A stretch of DNA of 64,000 nt from the NCBI GenBank assembly GCA_044226625.1, contig JBGAGQ010000021.1, forward strand, positions 24,460-88,459, given 5' to 3'. The notes below the pieces were generated by a model. It had not been told where the DNA came from. It made no database searches and saw nothing but the letters and a program-made list of their open reading frames with translations. Position 1 is the stretch's first letter. Each line of letters starts with the position of its first letter. A program made the position numbers and the translations under genes. The stretch is from Thermoanaerobaculia bacterium (GTDB lineage Bacteria > Acidobacteriota > Thermoanaerobaculia > Multivoradales > UBA5704). This document shows, one piece after another, positions 1 through 8,968 of the stretch.

Positions 1-1285
1 TGCGGTCGGTTCTACCGTTGGTTCGATCGGGGGAGTCGAAGGAGTAGGTGTGGTCTTCCGAGCGAGTGAGGACCGGAGCCGAGTAGTCGGGGTCGCGCCG
101 CTCCGTCCGCGCAAGCGTGCTGATCCGGAGGTAGGCGAGCCGCCCCGCGATCGGGTTCTCGGGCGCAGCGTTCGCCGCCACCGCGATGCGCGCGTTGCCG
201 AGCCATTCGTCGGTGGACCGCGTGGCGTCATCCGTCCCTTCGACGACGGCGCCGTCGGAATTCGTGTCGATGCCGAACGAGGCCTGTAGGTCGACGATGC
301 CCGTTGCGATATCCACGTTCATGTTGGTGGCGTCGTTCAGGTAGGGAATCTGAGTCCCTGGGTAGAAGCGGGCTCGGGAGAGGACCGGCACCAGGTCACT
401 CGCGGGATCGGTCGGATCCGCGCGGTCCTCGCGGATGTAATACCGGTACTCCTCGAGGATTCCGATGTAGATCGCGCTCGTCAGCTGGGACGGTAGGTTG
501 AAGGCGCCCGGCGGCTGCAGGGTGCGGTACGCCGTCGGATAGGAGGTCGCGCCGCTCAGGTATTTCAGAGTGACGCCGTCCACCCCACCGGCGCAGGTGG
601 AGGCCATTTTTGTCGAGTTGACCGGATCGAGCTGAACCACGGCGTAGAACGCGGGATCGAGCGGGCTTACGAGGACCAACGCCTCGCGGCTCACCTTCGT
701 AGGGCTCGTCGCGTCGTCGATCAACTTCTGGAAAGGAGCCAGCGGCTGCGAGATCCCGGCGGGCGAGATCGCGCAGAGCTGGATCTCTCCATTCGTGGTC
801 GAAGCGGGATCGGAGTCGCTCGCCCCTCCGGTGGGGTTGGGGCCGTCGTCCCAACGTCGGAAAGTTCGCTTGTCGAGAGAATTGATCTGGAAGATCTGGG
901 ACGAGAACACCCCGCGCAGGGTGATCAGATCGGTACCCGAGAGGATCTTCGGGCTCGTAGCATCGGAAGGGATGACCGTCGCGGCGGTGCCCGTCACGTT
1001 GCTCCGCACCGAAATCGCGACACCGGTCGGCAGCGCGCTCCCGGCCTGGGTCGAGGGGATACCCCCGCGTCCCGCCATACGCGCCAGTCGCACCATGTCG
1101 TACTGGGCGATCCGGAGTGACTGCTGCATTTCGGCGATGCGCGTCTGTACCCGCGCCAGGCGATCGCTCAAATTGAACAGCTGGAGCATGATCAGCGTGA
1201 GGATCAGGGTTACGGCGAGCACGATTAAAAGCTCCACCACGGTGAAGCCGGCTCGCCGGCGGCGGGACGTACCCAAAGACTTCAT
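1..1285 (-). CDS. Prepilin-type N-terminal cleavage/methylation protein, PilW-like minor pilin (runs off the left edge)
   Basis: Not in the ORF track because no stop lies in the window. Manual translation from ATG 1285 gives MKSLGTSRRRRAG^FTVVELLIVLAVTLILTLIMLQLF...AEMQQSLRIAQYDMVRLARMAG, i.e. a class III signal with Glu+5 and the PilW-type 'R.AG' helix. GAGGAG RBS upstream. Confidence 0.85.
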   Translation of the reverse strand, partial: MKSLGTSRRRRAGFTVVELLIVLAVTLILTLIMLQLFNLSDRLARVQTRIAEMQQSLRIAQYDMVRLARMAGRGGIPSTQAGSALPTGVAISVRSNVTGTAATVIPSDATSPKILSGTDLITLRGVFSSQIFQINSLDKRTFRRWDDGPNPTGGASDSDPASTTNGEIQLCAISPAGISQPLAPFQKLIDDATSPTKVSREALVLVSPLDPAFYAVVQLDPVNSTKMASTCAGGVDGVTLKYLSGATSYPTAYRTLQPPGAFNLPSQLTSAIYIGILEEYRYYIREDRADPTDPASDLVPVLSRARFYPGTQIPYLNDATNMNVDIATGIVDLQASFGIDTNSDGAVVEGTDDATRSTDEWLGNARIAVAANAAPENPIAGRLAYLRISTLARTERRDPDYSAPVLTRSEDHTYSFDSPDRTNGRTDR

Positions 1286-1343
1286 CGGTCCGTTTCTCCT
1301 CGATCGTTTTCGCTAGATTGGCTTGCGTTCGGCCGATCCGGGC

Positions 1344-1889
1344 TCAATAGATCTTGATCGTGGACAAGGTGACCTTCTTGCTCAATCCGAGCAGCGCGAG
1401 GGCGGTCGTGGTGCCTGTCCTTCCCGGGGAGACCTCGATGTCGATCTGCCGCAACTGGGCCGGCGGGTTGACTCCTCCCGAGAGCAGGGTGGAGCAGCGG
1501 CCGTTGGTATACCCGGACAGGTCGCACTGGCGCACCGTCACTTTGCGGTTCCAGATCGGTTCCTCCGAGCCGAGGGTCGCGTTGTCGACCCATTGACTCT
1601 GGGACCCCGAGTAATACTGCGTGGTCACCAGCTCCGTGTTGCCGTTCGGCACCACGATCTCCGCGCTGTCGATCGGCAAATCCGCCAAGCGCTCGAGCTC
1701 GGATTTGGCCGCGTTCGTGAGCTGCGTGTATTGGTTCCCCGAGGAGTTGCTCATCGCCGACCGGGTGAAGATGGGGAGCAGCCCGAGCAGGATCACCAGC
1801 AGGATCCCGGCGGCGACCAGAACCTCGACGATCGAGAAGCCGCGTGCGCTTCGCGGACGTCTCTTGGAAATGTTCGACCTCGTATTCAC
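1344..1889 (-). CDS. Prepilin-type protein, PilV-like minor pilin
   Basis: RG^FSIVEVLVAAGILLVILLG class III signal with E+5; lies directly upstream of the PilW-like gene. Confidence 0.85.
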   Translation of the reverse strand: MNTRSNISKRRPRSARGFSIVEVLVAAGILLVILLGLLPIFTRSAMSNSSGNQYTQLTNAAKSELERLADLPIDSAEIVVPNGNTELVTTQYYSGSQSQWVDNATLGSEEPIWNRKVTVRQCDLSGYTNGRCSTLLSGGVNPPAQLRQIDIEVSPGRTGTTTALALLGLSKKVTLSTIKIY

Positions 1890-1946
1890 CGGCCCGTCTC
1901 CTGTTCGCTGGGTCCCACGTGGAACTTTGCCTGTTCCAAGCCATAG

Positions 1947-1962
1947 AGCAAGACGAGGGCCA
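1947..1962 (-). promoter_or_regulatory. sigma54 (-24/-12) promoter for the pilin cluster
   Basis: Minus strand reads TGGCCCTCGTCTTGCT = TGGC-N7-TTGCT, with GG and GC exactly 10 nt apart. It sits 58 bp upstream of the pilV-like start and next to a sigma54 activator gene. Confidence 0.75.
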
Positions 1963-2025
1963 TTCAGGGCAGCCTTGTGTTTGCCGTGGTTTACGTCGTG
2001 GAGGCGCGAGAATTCGCCACCGAGA

Positions 2026-2044
2026 TCGTTACGCTAGGTAACGA
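2026..2044. promoter_or_regulatory. Candidate enhancer (UAS) palindrome for the sigma54 activator
   Basis: Perfect inverted repeat TCGTTAC-N5-GTAACGA, about 65-80 bp upstream of the -24 element. Confidence 0.45.
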
Positions 2045-2051
2045 ATTTGCC

Positions 2052-3380
2052 TCAGCTTCTGTATCGAGGCACCCCTTCGAGGTCGAGCTCCTGAATCTTC
2101 CTCTGCAGCGAGCGGTAGCTGATGCCGAGTGCCTCGGCGGCACGCCGCTTGTCCCCCTCGGCGGCGAACAGCGCGCGCTCCAACCGCTCCCGCTCGCCGC
2201 GCGGCGGTTGGATCACGAGCCGCAGATCGGCGGCCCGAAGGACCGGTCCCGGGCAGAGGATCGACGCCCGTTCGAGCACGTTGCCGAGCTCCCGCACGTT
2301 GCCTGGCCAGGGTTCCTGAAAGAGAAGCTCCAGGGCGTCCGCAGCCAGGGCGAGCGGTTCCCTGTGATGGCGGCTGGCGATCTTCTCGATCAAGTGGCGG
2401 GCGAGCTCGGGAATGTCGCTCGCACGCTCCCGAAGCGGAGGCAGCTCGATGGGGAAAACGGCGAGGCGAAAGTAGAGATCGCTCCGGAAAGTCCCGGATG
2501 CGGACATCGCATCGAGGTCGCGGTTGGTCGCGGCGACCAGCCGGACGTCGGCTTTGAGAGGCATCCCGCCGCCCACCCGCTCGAACGCCCTCTCCTCCAG
2601 GACACGCAGCACCTTACCCTGAACCTCGGTCTTGAGCTCGCCGATCTCGTCGAGGAACAGGGTTCCTGATTTCGCGAGCTCGAAACGGCCGATCTGTCGG
2701 CGATCCGCGCCGGTGAAAGCTCCCCGCTCGTGCCCGAACAGCTCGTTCTCGATCAAGGATTCCGGGATCGCCGCGCAATTGACCGCGACGAAGGGTCCGG
2801 CGCGGCGAGGCGAGAGCGCGTGGACCGCCCGCGCGAAGAGCTCTTTGCCCGTGCCGCTCTCTCCCGTGAGCAAGACCGTGCTCTCTGTGGGGGCAACCCG
2901 CTCGAGCAGGCGCAACGCGGCGCGAAACCGCGGATGGGCGCCGATCAGGGGCGGCGCTCCCGGCGGGGCGAAGACGGGCGCGGGCTCCGCCCCGCGTGCT
3001 CCCCCGAGGGCGCGCTCGAGCAGACGCGCTAGATCGTCGATCTCGACCGGCTTTTCGAGGAAGTCGTAGGCCCCCTGTTTCATCGCCTCGACCGCGGTCG
3101 CCACCGTGCCGAAGCCGGTGAGCACGATTACCGGGGCGGCCGGCGCGGCCGCGCGCGCCGCGGCGAGGACCTCGAGGCCCGATCCATCCGGCAGCTTGAG
3201 ATCGGACAGAACCGCGGCGAAGGATCCTCGCTCGAGCAGCGCGCGGGCCCCCGTGACGTCCCCCGCGCTCGCCACCTCGTACCCTTCTTCGGCAAGCGCC
3301 GTCTCCAAAAGCCGCCGAAGCGACTCCTTGTCTTCGACCACCAAGAGCCGAGCCGAGGCGCGCGGCGGCTTCGGGCTCAC
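2052..3380 (-). CDS. sigma54-dependent NtrC/PilR-family response regulator (REC-AAA+-Fis HTH)
   Basis: REC domain (DLKLPD), Walker A GESGTGKE, ELFGHERGAFTGA, Walker B LFLDEIGE, WPGNVREL, C-terminal HTH (AAEALGISYRSL). Confidence 0.95.
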   Translation of the reverse strand: MSPKPPRASARLLVVEDKESLRRLLETALAEEGYEVASAGDVTGARALLERGSFAAVLSDLKLPDGSGLEVLAAARAAAPAAPVIVLTGFGTVATAVEAMKQGAYDFLEKPVEIDDLARLLERALGGARGAEPAPVFAPPGAPPLIGAHPRFRAALRLLERVAPTESTVLLTGESGTGKELFARAVHALSPRRAGPFVAVNCAAIPESLIENELFGHERGAFTGADRRQIGRFELAKSGTLFLDEIGELKTEVQGKVLRVLEERAFERVGGGMPLKADVRLVAATNRDLDAMSASGTFRSDLYFRLAVFPIELPPLRERASDIPELARHLIEKIASRHHREPLALAADALELLFQEPWPGNVRELGNVLERASILCPGPVLRAADLRLVIQPPRGERERLERALFAAEGDKRRAAEALGISYRSLQRKIQELDLEGVPRYRS

Positions 3381-4816
3381 GGGGTCTCCCGGAACGCCGC
3401 CACGGCCGCTTCGGCCAGCGCGCCGTCGTCTTCCGGATCGACGGTTCGAAGATCGAGGATCAGGCGTCCCTCGCGCAGATAGCCGACGACCGATTCCGGC
3501 CCGGCTCGCAACCGGCGCGCGAAGTCGGAATCGCCCGGAAGGGCGAGCGCCTCGCCGGGGATCGGCTCCTCAGGGGCGGATCCGCCGCCCAGGAAGGCCT
3601 CGGCCGGCACGATTTCGGCCGGCAGACCGGCGGCGCGGAGGCGTGTCGAAACCGACTCCAGGCGCAGGCGATGCGCCGCCGGATCGGGCCACAGCCGATC
3701 GATCGGCATTGGCGCGCCCGCCAGATGCAGGCGGAGCACCCCCTCGAGCGCCGCGAGCGCGGCCCGATCGGGGCGAAGCGCGCGATAGAGCGGATGCGCG
3801 GCGCACCGGGCGACCAGCTCGCGACGTCCAACCAGGATCCCCGCCTGAGGTCCGCCCAGAAGCTTGTCGCCGCTGCCGCAGCAAAGGTCGCAACCCGCAG
3901 CGATCAACCGCGAAAGGCTCGGGTGCGAGCGAATTTGCGGCTCCCCACGGGAGCGGAGCAGACCGCTGCCCTCATCCACCAGAACCGGCACTCCGCTGCG
4001 TTTTCCGAGCGCCGCGAGCTCTTCGGGGCTCACCGACGCCACGAATCCCGATTGCCGGAAGTTGCTCGGGAAGACCTTGAGGAGGAGCGCGGTCTCCACT
4101 CCGATCGACGCCTCGTAATCCGCGAGGCGGGTGCGGTTGGTGCTCCCCACCTCGACGAGGCGGGCGCCGGCCGCCGCCATGATCTCGGGGAGGCGGAAGG
4201 AGCCGCCGATCTCCACCAATTCCCCGCGCGAGACGACCACCTCGCGGCCGGCGGCGAGGGCGGCGAGCGAGAGGACGAGCGCCGCGGCGTTGTTGTTCAC
4301 CACGAGCGCCCCCTCGGCCCCGGTCGCGAGCGCAAGCAGACGCTCCACCCGTCCGTTGCGTCGTCCCCGCTTTCCGGTGGCCAGCTCGATCTCGAGATCG
4401 CATCCCGCGTCGAGCAGAGCGGGGAGGGCCGCCGCCACCGATTTGGGCAGCGGCGCGCGCCCGAGATTGGTATGGAGGAAGATGCCGGTCGCGTTGATCA
4501 ACCGGATCAGCGGAGGCCCGAGCTCGGCGAGGAGAGCGGCCTCGATGGCCTGGGGGAGAGACTCGATTAGGGCGTCCAGGTCTTGCGGGACCGACGCTCC
4601 GTCGGACCCGGTCCTTGATTCTTCCGATGCTCCGGTCGAAACCGCGCGCCGGACCGCCTCGACCGCGATCCGGGCTTGGACCGTCACGGGATCCCGCCCG
4701 TATAATGGAACGAGCCTCGCCACGCGCGAATCCGCGAGGAGGCGGTCGATCGAAGGGAGGCTCCGGCGGCGGTCGCCTTGCGCGCCCGAATCGACCTTGA
4801 GAGCCGTACAAGCCAT
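3377..4816 (-). CDS. selA: L-seryl-tRNA(Sec) selenium transferase
   Basis: Motifs INATGIFLHTNLGRAPL, VNNNAAA, SRGELVEIGGSFRLPEIM, EVGSTNRT and the PLP lysine SGDKLLGGPQAG. Start uncertain; ATG 4816 chosen. 4-bp overlap with the regulator. Confidence 0.92.
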   Translation of the reverse strand: MACTALKVDSGAQGDRRRSLPSIDRLLADSRVARLVPLYGRDPVTVQARIAVEAVRRAVSTGASEESRTGSDGASVPQDLDALIESLPQAIEAALLAELGPPLIRLINATGIFLHTNLGRAPLPKSVAAALPALLDAGCDLEIELATGKRGRRNGRVERLLALATGAEGALVVNNNAAALVLSLAALAAGREVVVSRGELVEIGGSFRLPEIMAAAGARLVEVGSTNRTRLADYEASIGVETALLLKVFPSNFRQSGFVASVSPEELAALGKRSGVPVLVDEGSGLLRSRGEPQIRSHPSLSRLIAAGCDLCCGSGDKLLGGPQAGILVGRRELVARCAAHPLYRALRPDRAALAALEGVLRLHLAGAPMPIDRLWPDPAAHRLRLESVSTRLRAAGLPAEIVPAEAFLGGGSAPEEPIPGEALALPGDSDFARRLRAGPESVVGYLREGRLILDLRTVDPEDDGALAEAAVAAFRETP

Positions 4817-4870
4817 GAGATCGTCCGTGGACCTCGAATCGTCCATTCCGCCGGGCATTGTAGGAGAGGT

Positions 4871-5512
4871 GTGAACCCCAAGCGAAACGCCACGCCCGTC
4901 CGCCCCGGCGCGGGATCTCCACCGGTTCAGCCCCGAGCGCGGAACGTCGGCGCGGCTGCCAAAGCCGTTTCGGTCTCCCATCAGGAGACCCTCGACCTGA
5001 TCGAGCACGATATCCAGCAGCTCCGGATCGACTGCGAGCGGTTCCTCTCCGGTGCGTTGCCCTTCCCTCCGGAGGAGTTGCGAACGCGGATCCAGAACCA
5101 GCTCAAGAGCCTCCGAAACGCCACCCTCCGATCCGCCGTCGAGGGCTTTCGTCTCGGGGTTCTCGAGGCGCGATACAACAGCTACAACGAGCTGTTCAAT
5201 CGGCGGGTTCGCGAGCGGGAGGAGGGGCGCCGCGCGGCCCGTGCCGCCGCGGCACCTCCCGCGCCGCAGATCGATCCTCGCCGAGGCATCGTCGTCGACG
5301 GCGCGGTCGATCCGCAGGCGGCCGAGGCGCTCTACCGCGCTCTCGGAGCTGGCGGGGGCGGCGGACCCCAGTTCGACCTCGCGTCGTTCAGCTCATACCT
5401 CGAACGCCAGACCGCCGCGTTGCGCGGCAAGACGGGTTGTGCCGCGGTCCAGTTTCGGCTGGCGGAAGAGGACGGCAAGCTCAAGCTCAAAGCGCGGCCG
5501 GTCACCGGGTGA
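4871..5512 (+). CDS. Hypothetical protein resembling the MXAN_5187 C-terminal domain family
   Basis: GTG 4871 after GGAGAGG. Helical N-terminal half; C-terminal 'LY...F..YL.RQ...LR.K.G...V.F.L.EEDGKLKLKA' pattern. Confidence 0.6.
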   Translation: MNPKRNATPVRPGAGSPPVQPRARNVGAAAKAVSVSHQETLDLIEHDIQQLRIDCERFLSGALPFPPEELRTRIQNQLKSLRNATLRSAVEGFRLGVLEARYNSYNELFNRRVREREEGRRAARAAAAPPAPQIDPRRGIVVDGAVDPQAAEALYRALGAGGGGGPQFDLASFSSYLERQTAALRGKTGCAAVQFRLAEEDGKLKLKARPVTG

Positions 5513-5591
5513 CCGCGGCCGATCGCCTTCCCCGGCACCAGCAAAGAAGCATAGATTCCATCGCGTCCGCCCATCGCCAAGGAGATTCACG

Positions 5592-6593
5592 TTGCGCAAA
5601 GCCATCTGGACCGTTCTCGCTCTTTCGCTCGCCGCGCTCGCCTCGGTGGCCGCGGGACCGCCCAACCTCACCCATGCGATCGAGACCCAGCAAAAGCTCG
5701 CGGCAGAGCGACCGGACGATCCGACCGTCGCCAACGATCTCGGCAACCTGCTCCAGCTGGCGAAGAGGTCGGACGAAGCGGAGGCCAATTACCGCCGGGC
5801 GATCGAGCTCGATCCAAAGCGGGCCTCGTTCCACTTCAACCTCGGTCTGGTGCTCGAGAAGCGGGGCGCGAACCGGGACGCCATGAAGGAGTACAAAACC
5901 GCCGTCGAGCTCGATCCCGGGCATGCCTGGGCGCATTACCAGATCGGCTCTCTGCTCGAGAAGAGCGGGCGGGACAATTCGGCGATCCGCTCCTACGCGC
6001 GGGCCTTCGCGCTCGACCCCCAGCTCGGTTTTTCCGAGGTGAACCCGAGCCTGATCGACAGCAAGCTGACCACGTCGGCGATGTTGCTGGCCTATCGGTC
6101 CGAAAATTCACAGACGCCGACCGCGGCGCGCTACGGCGATCCGCAGCACATCCGCAGCCTGCTGGTGCCGCCTCCCCCTGCAACTCCGGAGGAAACGGCG
6201 GCGGTCGAAGCCGATCCCGCGGCGGCTGCCACCAAGACCGGCAAGACCGCCGCACCCACCGTGTTGCGCCCTCAGAGCCTGCAGAACACGGGCAAGGCGG
6301 GCCAGGTGCAGCCTTCGGGCCGATCGGGCTCCAGCCGGGTCTACCCGCGCGGCGGCAATCCGGGCCTCCAAACCTGGACCCGTCCGGAGCCGGTCGAACC
6401 GCCGGTCTACGACGACGGAAGCGAGGAGGAGATTCCGATCGAAGGGGAAGAGCTCACCCCGCCCCCACCGCCCGCCCCGGGTTCCGTCTACTACAACCCG
6501 GGCCTGCCGAGCACCGGGCGCCTGGACCTGCGCCTGGTGCCCGGCCGGGCGCTCCGCCGCGGCGACTCGATTGCCCGCGCCGGGCGCGGTTGA
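5592..6593 (+). CDS. Secreted tetratricopeptide-repeat protein with Pro-rich disordered tail
   Basis: TTG 5592 after AAGGAG; signal peptide MRKAIWTVLALSLAALASVAA; TPRs (AEANYRRAIELDP, YKTAVELDP). Confidence 0.8.
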   Translation: MRKAIWTVLALSLAALASVAAGPPNLTHAIETQQKLAAERPDDPTVANDLGNLLQLAKRSDEAEANYRRAIELDPKRASFHFNLGLVLEKRGANRDAMKEYKTAVELDPGHAWAHYQIGSLLEKSGRDNSAIRSYARAFALDPQLGFSEVNPSLIDSKLTTSAMLLAYRSENSQTPTAARYGDPQHIRSLLVPPPPATPEETAAVEADPAAAATKTGKTAAPTVLRPQSLQNTGKAGQVQPSGRSGSSRVYPRGGNPGLQTWTRPEPVEPPVYDDGSEEEIPIEGEELTPPPPPAPGSVYYNPGLPSTGRLDLRLVPGRALRRGDSIARAGRG

Positions 6594-6826
6594 GACGATT
6601 GGACGGGAAGGGCACCGTTCCGCCCATGCCCTCCTCTCGGGACATCGCGTCTCCATCGAGCACCCTCGGGGCTTCTCCTGCCCCGAACGCCTCTAGAGCC
6701 GGAAACTGCGAAGAGCTGATGCGCACCTGCCCGAACTGCGGCAGTCGGCTCGCCGAGCGGAAGTGCAAGCTCTACTGTCCGGACCCGCGCTGCGGCTATT
6801 TTCTTTCCTGCGCCGACTACTACTGA
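6590..6826 (+). CDS. Small CPxCG zinc-ribbon protein
   Basis: CPNCG...CKLYCPDPRCGYFLSCADYY with six Cys. Start could be 6590 (TTGA overlap with the TPR gene), 6626 or 6719. Confidence 0.65.
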   Translation: MRRLDGKGTVPPMPSSRDIASPSSTLGASPAPNASRAGNCEELMRTCPNCGSRLAERKCKLYCPDPRCGYFLSCADYY

Positions 6827-6847
6827 TCGGCGTCCCGCCCGTCGCTC

Positions 6848-7522
6848 TCACTCTCGCCAGATCGCCACCTGGTCCAGCCTCTTTCTCTTGAGGTCCGGAA
6901 CCGTCGCATCGTGCGCCGCGAAGCCCACGGGAAAGAGGATGAACGGCTTTTCGTTGCTCGGACGATCCAAGATGCGCGAGAGAAACGCCATCGGGCTCGG
7001 CGTGTGGGTAAGGGTCGAGAGGCCCATCCGGTGGAGCGCCGTGATGAACAGTCCGCAGGCGATTCCCACGCTCTCCTTCGGGTAGTAATTCTTTCGCTTC
7101 GTGCCGTCGGGCCGACGGCCGAAGAGCTCCTCGAACACGACGACCAACCAGGGCGCGGTCTCGAGGAACGGTTTTTCCCAGGAGGTTCCGATCGGCGCGA
7201 GCGCTTCGAGCCACTCGGGCGGCATCCGGCCGCCGACGTAGCTTTCGTACTCCTCGGCCTCGGCCGCCTGCCGGATCTCTCGTTTGATCTCTGGGTCGGA
7301 GATGGCGACGAAGGTCCAGGGCTGCCGATGGGCGCCCGAAGGTGCCGTCGACGCGGTGCGGATCGCGAGCTCGATCGCCTCGCGCGCAACCGGCCGATCG
7401 GAAAAGAATCGAACGCTCCTGCGCCGGTCCATCTCGGCCAGGAACCGGCGACCTCGCTCGACCGAATCCTCTTCGGCCACCGGCTCGGGGTGGTAGGGGA
7501 TGTGACGGTATTCGGTCGTCAT
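6848..7522 (-). CDS. Nitroreductase-fold flavoprotein, iodotyrosine deiodinase (IYD)-like
   Basis: RRRSVRFFS, TAPSGAHRQPW, lid 'AEAEEYESY..RM..EW...L...GT...KPFL', THTPSPM, C-terminal VPDLKRK. These are IYD subgroup signatures. Confidence 0.85.
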   Translation of the reverse strand: MTTEYRHIPYHPEPVAEEDSVERGRRFLAEMDRRRSVRFFSDRPVAREAIELAIRTASTAPSGAHRQPWTFVAISDPEIKREIRQAAEAEEYESYVGGRMPPEWLEALAPIGTSWEKPFLETAPWLVVVFEELFGRRPDGTKRKNYYPKESVGIACGLFITALHRMGLSTLTHTPSPMAFLSRILDRPSNEKPFILFPVGFAAHDATVPDLKRKRLDQVAIWRE

Positions 7523-7569
7523 CGGCACGTCTCCGGTCGGGCACGGAGAGCCGGCCCGTTCAATCGAAT

Positions 7570-7612
7570 GCACGAACGCCCGGCGGGCATGCCTCGCCGG
7601 GCGTTCGCGTGC
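7570..7612. terminator. GC-rich hairpin after the DsbA gene (possible terminator or stabiliser)
   Basis: 13-bp perfect stem cgaacgcccggcg/cgccgggcgttcg; no U-tract. Confidence 0.4.
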
Positions 7613-7646
7613 TGCGGAACCGGGTTCGAGTCCCGGCCATCGAATC

Positions 7647-8741
7647 TTACTTGGCGGCGCCCTTGCGCTGCAGCTCGTCGTCGATCACCTTGGCGATGTC
7701 GGCGTACGGCACCGCGCCGGAGATGAACCGTCCGTTGACGAACAACGCGGGAGTGCCGGTCACGCCGGCTTCCGAGCCAGCCTTCAGGTCCTCGGCCACC
7801 TTCGGCGCGAACTTGCCACCATCGAGGCAGCTATTGAACTGATCGGCCTTCAAACCAAGACCCGCGGCCTTCTCCTTGAGTTTGTCGACGCCGAGCTCGT
7901 TCTGGTTGCCGAACATCGCGTTGTGCATCTCCCAGAACTTTCCCTGCTCGTCGGCGCACAGCGAGGCCTCGGCGGCCTTCTGGGCGAACTGGTGGAAGTT
8001 GAGCGGGAATTGACGGAAGACGATGCGTACCTTATCACCGTAGTTCGTCTTGACCTGCTCGACGGTCGGGTAGAGGCGCGAGCAGAACGGGCACTGGAAA
8101 TCGGAGAACTCGACGATGGTGACGGGAGCGGTCGCCGGGCCGGTCGCCGGACCGGTCGCCGCGACCTCGACCCGCATGGGCTCCAGGGTGTACTGGACGC
8201 CGTACTTGGTCTCGAGCTCGGTCGTGAACTTCTCCTTCGCCTCGGCCTGCCGCTGCTGGGAGAGGTAGTTTTTGATCTGGGGCGCGATCTGCTCCTTCGT
8301 CGTGCCCGGGGGGATGCGCGCCTTGTTCTCTTCGTAGAACGCATCGACCTCGGCGTCGGTCGGATCGACGACCTTGACGGCGCTCGCGAGGAACGCTTCC
8401 TTCGTCATGTTCTTCGCGGCAGCTTCCTTCTCGACCAAGGAGTCCTGGACCAGCTTGTGGAGCTGGGCATCCATCACGTCGTGCTTGCCCTTCTCGTACT
8501 CCGACTGACACTGCTTGAGGCGGAGCTCCAGCTGATCGAAATCGCTCGCCGAGTTCTTGCGGACATCGCCCGCAGTGACCGTCTTGTCCCCGTACTTCGC
8601 GACGACCTCGCTGTCGGGAATCTCCTTGGACGCCATTTTGGCATCCGACTTCTGGGCCGAGCAGGCCGGCATCCAGACGCCCGCGAGGACGAGGGCGGCG
8701 ACCCAGGCGCGGCGCAAGACCTTGCGATCCGTTCCGTTCAT
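7647..8741 (-). CDS. DsbA/thioredoxin-domain lipoprotein with SurA-like N-terminal helical domain
   Basis: Lipobox-like WMPA-C; EFSDFQCPFC active site; RQFPL; cis-Pro GVTGTP; FVNGR. Confidence 0.88.
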   Translation of the reverse strand: MNGTDRKVLRRAWVAALVLAGVWMPACSAQKSDAKMASKEIPDSEVVAKYGDKTVTAGDVRKNSASDFDQLELRLKQCQSEYEKGKHDVMDAQLHKLVQDSLVEKEAAAKNMTKEAFLASAVKVVDPTDAEVDAFYEENKARIPPGTTKEQIAPQIKNYLSQQRQAEAKEKFTTELETKYGVQYTLEPMRVEVAATGPATGPATAPVTIVEFSDFQCPFCSRLYPTVEQVKTNYGDKVRIVFRQFPLNFHQFAQKAAEASLCADEQGKFWEMHNAMFGNQNELGVDKLKEKAAGLGLKADQFNSCLDGGKFAPKVAEDLKAGSEAGVTGTPALFVNGRFISGAVPYADIAKVIDDELQRKGAAK

Positions 8742-8839
8742 CGTTCTTGACTCCTTGGTCAAAAGTTTCGGAAGAGCCCGAGGACGCTTCCGGAAGGTTT
8801 CCGCGCGAACAGGGCCCGAGACTGTAGCACAGCCCTTCA

Positions 8840-8855
8840 GGCAAGACTTGGGCCA
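8840..8855 (-). promoter_or_regulatory. sigma54 (-24/-12) promoter upstream of the DsbA gene
   Basis: Minus strand reads TGGCCCAAGTCTTGCC (GG-N10-GC), 13/16 identical to the pilin promoter, about 100 bp upstream of the start. Confidence 0.65.
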
Positions 8856-8968
8856 GCCCTTTCTGGCATGGCGGCCTCTCGGGCAGAGCCCCCAGGATTC
8901 AAGGTGCGCGCGAGGCTCGTGGGAGGGTCAAGGGGCCGAGCGCGCCCCGCTCCGTTCCGCGATCCGTC

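Noticed and set aside
7564-7643. A functional tRNA gene (e.g. tRNA-Sec near selA)
   Set aside because: Only a T-arm is present; no D-arm, UCA anticodon loop, proper acceptor stem or CCA.
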